From Candidatus Anderseniibacteriota bacterium (GTDB lineage: Bacteria; Patescibacteriota; Andersenbacteria; UBA10190): a stretch of 64,000 nt of DNA. The stretch spans positions 18,232 to 82,231 of the forward strand of contig JBBDOX010000018.1 in NCBI GenBank assembly GCA_040876835.1. Reading direction: 5' to 3'. The notes beneath the pieces were generated by a model, which made no database searches, was not told the DNA's origin, and saw only the letters and a program-made list of their open reading frames with translations. Shown here in pieces: positions 48,724-58,547 of the stretch. The translations under genes and the position numbers were made by a program. The first letter of the stretch is position 1. The number at the start of each line of letters is the position of its first letter.

Positions 48724-51700
48724 ATGGCTAACACCGTTTTTAAACCATCGGACATACCGAAGATTTTTCTATATGCACTGCTTGGGATCCTGGCCATTGG
48801 GGTGGCAGGCGGCATTGCCCTGATTTCCAGATCGGATTCTCCTGATAAAGCAGCATCCTCCCCCACTCAATCGGAGGTAGCGTTTAACGAACCGCAGAGT
48901 CTTCCAGATACTTTTTCCTCTCCAGAGCCCAATGTTTCCTCTGAGAGTTTCGTGGGCGAGGATGATGCTGTGGTTCTTGAAAACACCACCGAAGTAGGCT
49001 CGGAATCTGTAACATCCCGCGTGGCCGGTATTACCGAAACGCTTAAGGAAACCTTTCAGAAACTGTATGACAATCAAGCCGGGCGTGAGCGATCAGTTGC
49101 GGTAAACGACAAGCAGATTTCTTTTGATATATACAACAAAGCCAAAAACCTGTTCATCGACTTACGCGAGGACGGAACATATTTTAAAGTTCAGGATCAC
49201 GGCCACGACGTGTTTAGGGTGGATTATGATAAAAATGTTGTCGTGCATCAGGGGGCAGTATTTCATCTCCTGGGCAGATTCAAGGATGCCAACGGGTCAA
49301 TTGGTGAAGTTAATCAGGTGCTTACCGCCCAAGATGGCGGTTCTCCTCTGTGGCAATCACTCGCCGATACAAGTACGGGCGGCCTTAACTGCACCGACTG
49401 TTTGAACGAAACGCAGATTGAAGATATTTACCTGAAAAAAGGTGGCGATACATCAACGGGTGCGCTAGTTATTCAAAACAACTTAACAGTCACCGGCACA
49501 ACGACGTTGAATGGTGCGACCTACACGTGGCCCGGAGCCGATGGTTCCCCCGGGCAGCTGCTGTCAAGTAATGGTTCAGGGGTACTCAGTTGGACGGACA
49601 ATGCAGGCGGAGGAGAGATAGGAGCCTTCGGCGGCAATTCTGTCGAATATACTTACAGCACTACGACTACAGACGAGGATCCGGCTAGCGGCAACTTGCG
49701 TCTAAATGATACCGATCTCACCGCCGCAACCGAAATGTACCTTGATGAGGAGGAGAGCAACGCAGTCAATATTCTGTCGTGGCTTCAGACGCTGGACAAC
49801 AGCAGTAACGAAGATCTAAAAGGATACATTCGTCTCTTTAAAGAAAATGATCCTTCTGTTTTTTACCTGTATGAACTAACCACTGTTACTGAGCAGCCAG
49901 GCGGAGAGGATGAGACTGAGTATGTAAAATTAACTGTAAGTTACGTGGCTGGAGCCGGCACCCTCAGCAACAGTGATTCTATTGTTTTTTCTTTCTCCCC
50001 TGCCGGCGAGAGAGGGTCCAACGGAGCGGCTGCATACCTGTATGTCGCTTATGCTTCGGATACTAACGGCAGTGATTTCACGCTAACATTCGATGCCGAC
50101 CTTGATTACATCGCTATCTTGCCATCAGATACTCTCATTGAAGAGCCCGAGGCTTCCGATTTTACTGGGTTATGGAAACTCTACGGAGATACTAGCGGAT
50201 CAGTTTGGGGAAGTATTACCGGCACACTAGCCGATCAGACAGATCTTCAGGCAGCCCTCGATGTAAAGGCTGACGAAGCTGACCTGCTAGCTCACATAGC
50301 CAATACAGATAATCCACACAGCGTCACTGCCGCTCAGGCTGGCGCAGTGGCTTTAACGGGTGATGAAACTATTGCGGGTATTAAAACATTTTCCGCTATT
50401 CCAGTTGGTCCGGGATCAGATCCAACAACTGATAACCAGTTAGTTCGCAAGGCCTATGTTGATGGAATCGCTGCGGGATTGTCGGTCCGTCAATCTGTAC
50501 GTGTTGCTACTACCGCGAACATTACCCTTTCTGGTGAACAGACAATTGACGGAGTTTCAGCCGTGACTGACGATCGCGTATTAGTAAAAAATCAGGATAC
50601 AGCCTCGGCTAATGGTATCTACATTGTGGCCAGCGGATCATGGACCAGAGCAACGGATTACGACAGTGGCAGTGGAGAAGTTGTGCAAGGATCGTTCACC
50701 AGCGTTCTAGAGGGCACCACCCAGGCCAACACCCAATGGGCGCTGGCTACAGCAGGCTCTATTACTGTCGGATCAACATCTCTTACCTTTACGCAGCTGT
50801 CAGCACAGCAGGTGTATACCGCCAGCTTAGGAGTGAAAAAATCCGGACTGGATTTTCAGGCTGATTTGTCCGGGTCAGGAGCTATCACCCTCACCGGAAA
50901 TTCGCTGCAGGTAGCAGTCGACGACCAGACAATCGAGCGATCCGGCAACGCCCTGCAAGTGAAGGGCTTAAAGACTGCAACGATTACAGGTGACACAACG
51001 TTAACGACCGGCTACAACGTTGTTCTGGCTAATAACTCTTCCAACATCACAGTAACGCTACCCGCCGCTTCGAGTGTGAGCGGGCGCGTATATCAAGTTA
51101 AGAAAGTTTCTTCTAATGCCAACACAGTAACTATTGACGGCGCCGGATCAGATACAATTGATGGAGCGCTCTCACATGTATTGTACATTCAACACGACGA
51201 GATGACGCTTGTGTCAAATGGTTCTACTTGGAATGTCTTAGCTCAAGTCCTTACTGCTCACATGGCAAAAATGACACGAAATGCGGCTCAGACAATTCCA
51301 AGTAGTACCAGTGGTGTGACAAAGCTTGCGTTTGATAACGAAGAATATGACATAGGGGCTATTGCTGATGTAACTACCAACGATCGCATTACCATTAAAC
51401 GAGCTGGGAAGTATTTGGTTTCCGCATATTGGCGCCTGGGCAGTGTCCCTGATCAAAAATATGCCGGCGTTCAAATTCACAAAAACGGCTCCGCAATCAG
51501 ACGGCAACTGAATTATGCTTCCGGATCTACCGACACTGATGTCGAGGCAACTGAAGTGCTAAACCTGGCTGCCGGCGACTACATAGAAGCGTACGCTCGC
51601 CAGACTACTGGCACATCAAGGTCGACAACTACAACGGGGTCTTTCATACCTCGATTATCCGTCATTGAGTTCTCGGGCTCAGGTGGAGCCAATGGTAGCG

Positions 51701-53067
51701 GAGGAGGCAGCGGTAGTGATGGGAATACTCTGGATCAGTCGTACGATCAGGACAGTGCCGGAGGAGGCCGATCCATCACCGCTGACAGTGGTGCCGTCTC
51801 CATCACCGTCCCTGACACTTCTGACAATGCAGCGTTGGAGATCACCCAGAATGACACAACTAACAATCCTAACGGCCTGGTGATTGTAAACACGGGGACA
51901 GGATACTCTCTACTCGTAGACAGTGGGGATGCTGCCTTTGACGCTAATGTGATCGTAGGCGGCTCTACTAGCAGAACAGAGACGATAGCTGCTGCTAGCT
52001 TTTCTCTCGGCGGCAATGATCTGTTTGTAGCTGGAGATGCTGGAATTGAGGGATTGCTATACCTGGATGGAGGAATAAACATTAATGACGGGGCCTTTGC
52101 TATTAACTCTTCCGGTGCGATTACTGCTGCAACTGGAATCACTTCTTCCGGCACCATTACGCTGTCGGGTCTTGATTGTACGGGTAATGAGAACGGCGGA
52201 GCATTAACAGCTGATGCGTCCGGGGTCATCACGTGTACGGATGACGATAGCGGCGAAGGTGGCAGCAGCGGCCTGCCCCAGAACTACGTATCCGGTTACA
52301 AGCCGACCCTCGGAGCCGACACCGCACATGATATTTCTTTCACTGCCGGATCCGCTCGATCAAGTGATAACACGACCGACCTTGTTACCGGCAGCGCGCT
52401 CGTCAAACAAATTGACGCAACGTTTGCAGCTGGAACAAACGCAGGAGGCCTGTCTTCGAGCGTTTCCCTTTCGAATAACATGACGCTCCACGCTTTTGCA
52501 ATTTACAAAACCTCAGATGAGTCGATTGATATCTACTACGACAGCAGCGTTGCTGCGGCAAACATTCCTTCTGGGTATACAAAACCGCAACTCATCTTCT
52601 CCTTCAAGCTTGATGGTAGCCAGAATATCATTCCGTTCGAATCTCACGAGATGGGGAATATTCTTGTTGTCGAGCTAGAACCTCCCCTGGGCACACAGTA
52701 CACGCCGATAAACGATGGCAATATTACCCTTGACGGTGTGCCGACCGGGTTGAAACTGCGAGTCCGCTTTGCCTACTCAGTGCAAATCGGTGAACAGTTC
52801 GGCCGATTCGGTTTTCACAGCCCTGATGTTACCGTGGACTACAACGGGCCCGGGGATGATGAGGATGACTGGCTAACCTCGCCAATACTGGACGCAAACC
52901 TGCAGGACGACAATACCGACGGCCTGACCTTCGGTCAGCAGCTGCTCTGGACAAATACCAGTGCTCAAATAACCTTTAAGGCCTATCAACCAAATACCTC
53001 CCTTACTACCGGAACAGTTGAATCTCGGGAATACTGGATTCCTCGGGGGCAGATTGTGACCAACTAG
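48724..53067 (+). CDS. 1447-aa membrane-anchored surface protein with phage tail-fibre-like modules
   Basis: N-terminal TM; VRVATTANITLSGEQTIDGV, WGSITGTLADQTDL, NPHSVT, RKAYVD, C1q-like GKYLVS segment; Thr/Ser/Gly-rich. Confidence 0.8.
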   Translation: MANTVFKPSDIPKIFLYALLGILAIGVAGGIALISRSDSPDKAASSPTQSEVAFNEPQSLPDTFSSPEPNVSSESFVGEDDAVVLENTTEVGSESVTSRVAGITETLKETFQKLYDNQAGRERSVAVNDKQISFDIYNKAKNLFIDLREDGTYFKVQDHGHDVFRVDYDKNVVVHQGAVFHLLGRFKDANGSIGEVNQVLTAQDGGSPLWQSLADTSTGGLNCTDCLNETQIEDIYLKKGGDTSTGALVIQNNLTVTGTTTLNGATYTWPGADGSPGQLLSSNGSGVLSWTDNAGGGEIGAFGGNSVEYTYSTTTTDEDPASGNLRLNDTDLTAATEMYLDEEESNAVNILSWLQTLDNSSNEDLKGYIRLFKENDPSVFYLYELTTVTEQPGGEDETEYVKLTVSYVAGAGTLSNSDSIVFSFSPAGERGSNGAAAYLYVAYASDTNGSDFTLTFDADLDYIAILPSDTLIEEPEASDFTGLWKLYGDTSGSVWGSITGTLADQTDLQAALDVKADEADLLAHIANTDNPHSVTAAQAGAVALTGDETIAGIKTFSAIPVGPGSDPTTDNQLVRKAYVDGIAAGLSVRQSVRVATTANITLSGEQTIDGVSAVTDDRVLVKNQDTASANGIYIVASGSWTRATDYDSGSGEVVQGSFTSVLEGTTQANTQWALATAGSITVGSTSLTFTQLSAQQVYTASLGVKKSGLDFQADLSGSGAITLTGNSLQVAVDDQTIERSGNALQVKGLKTATITGDTTLTTGYNVVLANNSSNITVTLPAASSVSGRVYQVKKVSSNANTVTIDGAGSDTIDGALSHVLYIQHDEMTLVSNGSTWNVLAQVLTAHMAKMTRNAAQTIPSSTSGVTKLAFDNEEYDIGAIADVTTNDRITIKRAGKYLVSAYWRLGSVPDQKYAGVQIHKNGSAIRRQLNYASGSTDTDVEATEVLNLAAGDYIEAYARQTTGTSRSTTTTGSFIPRLSVIEFSGSGGANGSGGGSGSDGNTLDQSYDQDSAGGGRSITADSGAVSITVPDTSDNAALEITQNDTTNNPNGLVIVNTGTGYSLLVDSGDAAFDANVIVGGSTSRTETIAAASFSLGGNDLFVAGDAGIEGLLYLDGGININDGAFAINSSGAITAATGITSSGTITLSGLDCTGNENGGALTADASGVITCTDDDSGEGGSSGLPQNYVSGYKPTLGADTAHDISFTAGSARSSDNTTDLVTGSALVKQIDATFAAGTNAGGLSSSVSLSNNMTLHAFAIYKTSDESIDIYYDSSVAAANIPSGYTKPQLIFSFKLDGSQNIIPFESHEMGNILVVELEPPLGTQYTPINDGNITLDGVPTGLKLRVRFAYSVQIGEQFGRFGFHSPDVTVDYNGPGDDEDDWLTSPILDANLQDDNTDGLTFGQQLLWTNTSAQITFKAYQPNTSLTTGTVESREYWIPRGQIVTN

Positions 53068-53103
53068 TATTCAGTTTGAGATACGCGAGTTATCTGTTGG
53101 CTC

Positions 53104-54282
53104 CTAGAGCAGTCGATCGGCAACTAAATCAATATCAGTATCCGACGATCCTGCAATTAGTATCGCGTCGCGGGAATGCGCCATGCCCCCTATCCACTTG
53201 GCAGCGTCCGCACTTTCGGAGAAATGGTGGGTATCGACATTTGCGACATTTAGAGCCGCTTCCTGAGCGTGACGTGCATCATGTCCGATCGTTACCAGAA
53301 TATCCGCTGCTGTCGCTGCTCTATTTCCAAGCGCTTTATAAATCCCAATAGCCTCTGCGCCTAAATCTGGTATCTCACCAAGAACAACAATATGCCGCCC
53401 AGCTGAAAGGGCTGCAAACGTCCTTAAGGCGAGCTGAATGCTGTGCGGTGATGCATTGGCTGTTTCGATTAATACCTGTATTCCGCGCTCTGCCTTATGA
53501 AGAGTTAAGTTTCCCCTGGGAATATTCAGTCGTCTCATCTCGCGCAGGGCAACGGCTATATCACCCTTCTGAACCCAAACGACAGCCAGAGCGGCCAGAA
53601 TCGCGGACAGCTGATGACGACCAATAATACCCGGAAGGTGTTGTTCGAATATTTCTCCGGCAACCTGTATCTCAACGGCAAACCCCCGCTCAACTCTCGT
53701 AGCCCGCAGAAGGCGCACAGTTGCTTGCCGGTGTTCGCCGTAGGTAATAACATTGGCAGACACTCGCTCTTTCATCGGCTCTAAAAGCGGATCATCAATA
53801 TTTAGCACAACTGTGCCCTCAGGCGGCACACTGACAGCTAAAGACATTAGCTCATGGACAACGTTTTCCCGAGAAATAAACTGTTCAAGATTTACGGCAT
53901 CGGCATTGGCGATCACGGCGACGTGAGGAGGAATTCTATTCCCCACCATGTCTATGTCGCCCGGCTTTTTAACAGAAATATTTACTACAATTGTCGTTGG
54001 TTCTTCTTCTAGTACTTCCTTAAGACGACTACGCGACAACACCCGCATCCAGCTTAAAAATCCCTGCTCTGGCGTAATACCAAGAATTGCTTCCGGAATA
54101 TCCCTCACTTCCCGCACGTTACTGCTTACTTGAACAGATCGGGTATGCCCGATTGCCAATCCTACTGCATCTGCCACCAAGGGAAGATGATAGCAGCCCG
54201 TTATCCCAATGACATTGACATCATATGTATTCACGTACTCTATTGCTCGCGCCCACTCCAAATGCCGCAGAAATCGTTTCAT
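53104..54282 (-). CDS. MurF-like Mur ligase with degenerate motifs
   Basis: VIGITG (GKT absent), KPGDI, VLNIDD, NASP.S, VLGEIPDLG; follows ftsI. Confidence 0.75.
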   Translation of the reverse strand: MKRFLRHLEWARAIEYVNTYDVNVIGITGCYHLPLVADAVGLAIGHTRSVQVSSNVREVRDIPEAILGITPEQGFLSWMRVLSRSRLKEVLEEEPTTIVVNISVKKPGDIDMVGNRIPPHVAVIANADAVNLEQFISRENVVHELMSLAVSVPPEGTVVLNIDDPLLEPMKERVSANVITYGEHRQATVRLLRATRVERGFAVEIQVAGEIFEQHLPGIIGRHQLSAILAALAVVWVQKGDIAVALREMRRLNIPRGNLTLHKAERGIQVLIETANASPHSIQLALRTFAALSAGRHIVVLGEIPDLGAEAIGIYKALGNRAATAADILVTIGHDARHAQEAALNVANVDTHHFSESADAAKWIGGMAHSRDAILIAGSSDTDIDLVADRLL

Positions 54283-54296
54283 GACTTTAGTATACC

Positions 54297-56219
54297 TTAC
54301 TGCCCACCACTCACTTTAAACGTTGGCTGACGCACGCTGTCGTCATACGAAGGCGGTATTTGGTAGTAGTTGAGGAGTTTTTCAGAAATGTTCCGGAACA
54401 TGGGGGCAGCCGTGCCGGAAGCAAACGAAAGTCCGGACGGGTTATCAAGTTTAATGAGGATGGAAAACTGCGGCTTGTCCACCGGTCCAAATCCGGCAAA
54501 GCTGATTATTTTCCGGTCAGGAGAATACTTGCCGCGTTCATCCGGCACCTGAGCGGTTCCGGTTTTACCTGCCAGATAATATCCTGGTACGCGCGCCAGA
54601 GTGGCCACGCCGTTTTCCAGGACGCTCACCATCATAGCTGAGACTTTTGAAGCGGCGTTTTCCGATACTACTTGTCGGACTACCTGGGGCTTGGTTTCCT
54701 CCACGGTTCCATCGCTGTGGCGGACACGCGCTACGATATGTGGCGCCAGCAGTTTTCCGTTATTAGCAATAGCGTTAATGGCGTTTAAAGCCTGCAGAGG
54801 CGTGAGGGCTACACCCTGTCCGAAGCTGGTGGTAGCAGTTTGCACAATGTCCCAACCCTGCGGATCCTCAAGGTTAGTCTGTGTTTCCCCTTCCAGCTCC
54901 ACTCCCGTCCGTTCCCCTAAACCAAAACGTCGCAGATAGTCATACATTTTTTCGGCACCCATGAGCTTTGACAGCCACACCATTCCCACGTTGTTTGATT
55001 GCTCCAGCACCTGCGTCATGGTTTGCACTCCATAATGCTTGCCATCAAAGGTGTTAATCGTATATTCGGCCACCTTGACCGGTCCACTATCCACAAACGT
55101 AGTGTCCGGCTGTATCACGTCATCATTAATTGCTCCCGCCATGATAACGGGTTTGAGAATCGATCCTGGTTCAAAGATATCATTTACAATTGGGTTGCTT
55201 TGGACACGGGCATCTTTAACGGCATAATAAGTATTAGGATCGAACGTCGGATACGTTGCCATCCCAAGAATGGCACCAGTCTGTGGGTTCATTACCAGCA
55301 CACTGCCGCGCTCAGCACCATATAGCTCCACACCTTCTTTAAGTTCTTTTTCGATGAACGACTGCACCACCCGGTCAATTGTTAGAACTACATCGGCACC
55401 ATCTTCGGCTGGACGAAACTCGTTCTTGGCTACACCAATAAATCCACCGCCGGCAGCCCGCTCTCCGGAAAGCCAGCCCAGATCTCCCTGAAGTGTCTCA
55501 TCAAAATATCCTTCGACACCGTATCGCCCGACTCTTTTTTCAGAATCATCCAGACCTACATAGCCAACCACATGGGCAGCTAGCTCACGCTCGGGGTAAA
55601 TGCGAACTTCCTGCTCTTCAATCACAATTCCTTGAAACTGTTTTTCTTCCAGAAATGCTTTCAATTCATCATCAAGCAGTTCGTGCGGCCGTAGAAAAGG
55701 CTCATACGGGTCATTTTTTTTATTAAAATTCACCAGAAGATCTGCTCGTATGCTATCAACCTGTTCCTGTTCGCTGGGTTCTACCTGAGAAGACTCTTCA
55801 GGCGATTCTTCTTCCGCCTCCTCCTTTCCGTTATTAACAATCCTCTCCTGGCCGGTACGATCAACTATTTGCTGCACACGCTCAACCTGTCGTTGACGAA
55901 AGGCGTATAGGGCTGGAGCAAGTTGGTTAGCGATGCCGGCGGAGTCTTCCATGTCCCGGGGAACCGCGAAGGCAACCCAGCCCGCACGGTTACTGGCTAC
56001 CGGAAAAATGTCACCGTCCCTTCCCTCGGTGAGATAAATAGTTCCTCGGTGAGGCTGGAGTTCCGAGGCGCGCTTGCGTTGCGCTTCAGCAACTGCCGAA
56101 AAGTGACCGTGTTGAAAGACCTGTAAATGCACCATTCGCGCTATCAGAATACCAAACAGCGTTAACCCTCCCAGTATTAAAAATGCGATGCGTTGTTGTG
56201 GGTTGTATGGTGCCCCCAT
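54297..56219 (-). CDS. ftsI: class B penicillin-binding protein (FtsI/PBP2)
   Basis: EPGSILK (SxxK), SNN, KTGTAQ. Confidence 0.93.
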   Translation of the reverse strand: MGAPYNPQQRIAFLILGGLTLFGILIARMVHLQVFQHGHFSAVAEAQRKRASELQPHRGTIYLTEGRDGDIFPVASNRAGWVAFAVPRDMEDSAGIANQLAPALYAFRQRQVERVQQIVDRTGQERIVNNGKEEAEEESPEESSQVEPSEQEQVDSIRADLLVNFNKKNDPYEPFLRPHELLDDELKAFLEEKQFQGIVIEEQEVRIYPERELAAHVVGYVGLDDSEKRVGRYGVEGYFDETLQGDLGWLSGERAAGGGFIGVAKNEFRPAEDGADVVLTIDRVVQSFIEKELKEGVELYGAERGSVLVMNPQTGAILGMATYPTFDPNTYYAVKDARVQSNPIVNDIFEPGSILKPVIMAGAINDDVIQPDTTFVDSGPVKVAEYTINTFDGKHYGVQTMTQVLEQSNNVGMVWLSKLMGAEKMYDYLRRFGLGERTGVELEGETQTNLEDPQGWDIVQTATTSFGQGVALTPLQALNAINAIANNGKLLAPHIVARVRHSDGTVEETKPQVVRQVVSENAASKVSAMMVSVLENGVATLARVPGYYLAGKTGTAQVPDERGKYSPDRKIISFAGFGPVDKPQFSILIKLDNPSGLSFASGTAAPMFRNISEKLLNYYQIPPSYDDSVRQPTFKVSGGQ

Positions 56220-56249
56220 GTGGTCTGAAATGTTGCAGCTTATCGTGGG

Positions 56250-56669
56250 TTAGTTAGCAAGGGCTACAGTGGTATCACCCTGTATTGGAGCCAGATAGGA
56301 TACTTTATCGCTTTCTACCAGATTTAAATGATTGACGCGGTCTTCTACGGCCTGCAAAGAGCGCAGTTGAGCCCCTTCAAGTTCTAACTGCTTCTGTTTT
56401 TCGCGCAGTTCGACAATTTGCGATTCCATTTGTCGCACATCCGTGCCCTGTGAGGCAGTGTCAACTACCTGCTGGAGATAAAAGAACCCTAACAGTCCCA
56501 CAACAAGTAACGCCAGCACACCAAGCGTGATGGTCACAGTTGCGTGGTCAACGCTGCCACGCTGCGACATAAATGAAAAGTGATTACTCACATTGCGAGC
56601 ACGAGTTCGTACCTGAAATCCGCTTGCTCTGTGACGAGGAACAATTCGTTGCTGAATATTTGGTCTCAT
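56250..56669 (-). CDS. FtsL-like single-TM coiled-coil protein
   Basis: position between rsmH and ftsI; TM followed by coiled coil. Confidence 0.7.
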   Translation of the reverse strand: MRPNIQQRIVPRHRASGFQVRTRARNVSNHFSFMSQRGSVDHATVTITLGVLALLVVGLLGFFYLQQVVDTASQGTDVRQMESQIVELREKQKQLELEGAQLRSLQAVEDRVNHLNLVESDKVSYLAPIQGDTTVALAN

Positions 56670-56721
56670 GGGGTTTATTTTTGTTTTATTATTTATGTTG
56701 GATATATTTTTGACTTGACTG

Positions 56722-57708
56722 CTACGGCGGCAGCTTCGTGGCTACTCGTAGTTTCGCGGAACGAGCCCGCGGATTGGTGACAACCTCCCCCTCCGTTGCC
56801 ACAATTGGCTTTTTTGTTTCTATATGCAGTCGTGGTTTACGATCGCACGTGCATACCGGCTGCTCTGGCGGACAGACGCATATTCGAGCCTGTTCCCGGA
56901 AAAACCGCTTTACGATTCGATCTTCCAGACTATGAAAGCTTATCACGGCTAGCTTGCCGTTTGGCTGCAGTACTTCCATTGCCTGGGGCAGAGCGGCCTG
57001 GAGGGCTTCCAGCTCCCGGTTTACTGCCAGGCGTAGAGCCTGAAACGTTCGCGTGGCCGGATGAATACGACCTCGCTCGTATCTACTAGGCAAAGCGCTT
57101 GTAATAATTGCGGCCAGCTCCTGAGCTGTCTGTGGGAGTGGCGCGTTTTTAATTGCCCCAGCTACCCTGCTAGCCATTTTCTCTTCTCCATACATGCGGA
57201 TTAACTGCGCCAGTTCCCGATAGTCTAATCTGTGAAGAACATCCATGGCATCGGGGAGAGCGCCTAAGCGTTGCTCCAAGATATTGAGAGGCTCAAGCAT
57301 TGCCGGTGGCAATCCTTCCTGCTGCCCATACCGCATCGTAAGCGCACCCGCTCCCTGGAATGCAAACCCGCGCTTACTGTCTGCGAGCTGATGGCTGCCA
57401 ATACCCAGATCAAACAGGACATGGGTAATGCGCACATCAGATGGAACAACTTCCGCCAAACGCGCAAAGTTGCTGTGAATGTAAACAACTTGATCGGCCC
57501 ACGCGCTTAAGTTGTTTCTGGCTGCTGCTAGGGCCTCCTCATCAGCGTCGAGTCCAATGACACGGGCTGTGGGGCTTATGGTCAGATATGCTTTAGCGTG
57601 TCCGCCATGGCCGAGCGTTGCATCCAGCAGTACATCTTCTGCTCGTGGTGAAAATTGAGAAAGAACCTCTTCTTTTAGAACCGGAATATGCTCCTGGAAG
57701 TCTTCCAT
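56722..57708 (-). CDS. rsmH: 16S rRNA m4C1402 methyltransferase
   Basis: HIPVL, DATLGHGGH, FQALRLAVN, SFHSLEDR, NPRARSAKLR. Confidence 0.98.
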   Translation of the reverse strand: MEDFQEHIPVLKEEVLSQFSPRAEDVLLDATLGHGGHAKAYLTISPTARVIGLDADEEALAAARNNLSAWADQVVYIHSNFARLAEVVPSDVRITHVLFDLGIGSHQLADSKRGFAFQGAGALTMRYGQQEGLPPAMLEPLNILEQRLGALPDAMDVLHRLDYRELAQLIRMYGEEKMASRVAGAIKNAPLPQTAQELAAIITSALPSRYERGRIHPATRTFQALRLAVNRELEALQAALPQAMEVLQPNGKLAVISFHSLEDRIVKRFFREQARICVCPPEQPVCTCDRKPRLHIETKKPIVATEGEVVTNPRARSAKLRVATKLPP

Positions 57709-57714
57709 AATGGA

Positions 57715-58146
57715 TTAGATTCCCAGATCGCTCATTGCCTCGGCAATATTGTCGCTCTCTGCTTCAGTCTCAGCTTTGTACTCGTTCCAGGCATCCTCAT
57801 TCCAGATTTCAATCCGGCTGTAGAGCCCGGTAACGGTTACGTGCTTTCCGAGTGAAGCATATTTGCGCAAATACTCCGGCAGCATAACGCGGCCTTGACC
57901 ATCCAGCTGCGTGTCCCATGCCCCAGCCAGCATCAAACGAGCAAATGCTCGGCTTTTCTTCTGGGTTACAGGCAGGGCCGCCAACTTTTCGGCCATCTGC
58001 TCCCACTGCGCACGAGTGTATACAAACAAACAGTGATCCAGTCCACGAGTAATGACTACTCCTTCGACTAAATCCCGCCGGAACTTGGAGGGCATGTTCA
58101 CCCGACCCTTCTCATCAATTGTGTGACTGTATTCTCCTATAAACAT
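57715..58146 (-). CDS. mraZ: dcw cluster repressor MraZ
   Basis: MFIGEY.HTIDEKGR, DGQGRV, IEIW. Confidence 0.98.
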   Translation of the reverse strand: MFIGEYSHTIDEKGRVNMPSKFRRDLVEGVVITRGLDHCLFVYTRAQWEQMAEKLAALPVTQKKSRAFARLMLAGAWDTQLDGQGRVMLPEYLRKYASLGKHVTVTGLYSRIEIWNEDAWNEYKAETEAESDNIAEAMSDLGI

Positions 58147-58347
58147 AGATATGGTAGAGCTTCCGCACGCGGAAGCTCTATCGGAAATCGCTTATGCGAT
58201 GTGATGTTTATATCCGGCGTGTTTGTTTTATTCAGATGTTAGCGGTCCTACTGCTTGTAATACCGCAAACATCTCGTACTAGTGAAAGTTCAAAAGAGCA
58301 CCCCCCGATGGAAAGCTAATATGCGGAAAAGAGCATTGTTTCTTTAT

Positions 58348-58400
58348 GTTATCCACAATGTCCCCCACTTTTCCCCACTTTTTTCCACCTGCATCCACGA
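58348..58400 (-). promoter_or_regulatory. MraZ-binding direct repeats (GTGG at 10-11 nt spacing)
   Basis: five CCAC copies on + (ATCCAC, CCCCAC, CCCCAC, TTCCAC, ATCCAC) upstream of mraZ. Confidence 0.75.
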
Positions 58401-58547
58401 TACTACCCCGTGACCCACCACGCAACACAATACACCATGATTTTTCCACACCATATACCCTTTCGTTATCCTCAGCGTAACCCTGGGACGTGCTGGAAGA
58501 GTTTCCCGCAGGGAAATCAACTGTACAATATGTGTTTAAGCGCTCCT

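Noticed and set aside
58340-58460. Possible oriC (TTATCCACA plus CCAC repeats)
   Set aside because: Only one perfect DnaA box; the repeats match MraZ operator spacing directly upstream of mraZ, and no dnaA/dnaN is nearby
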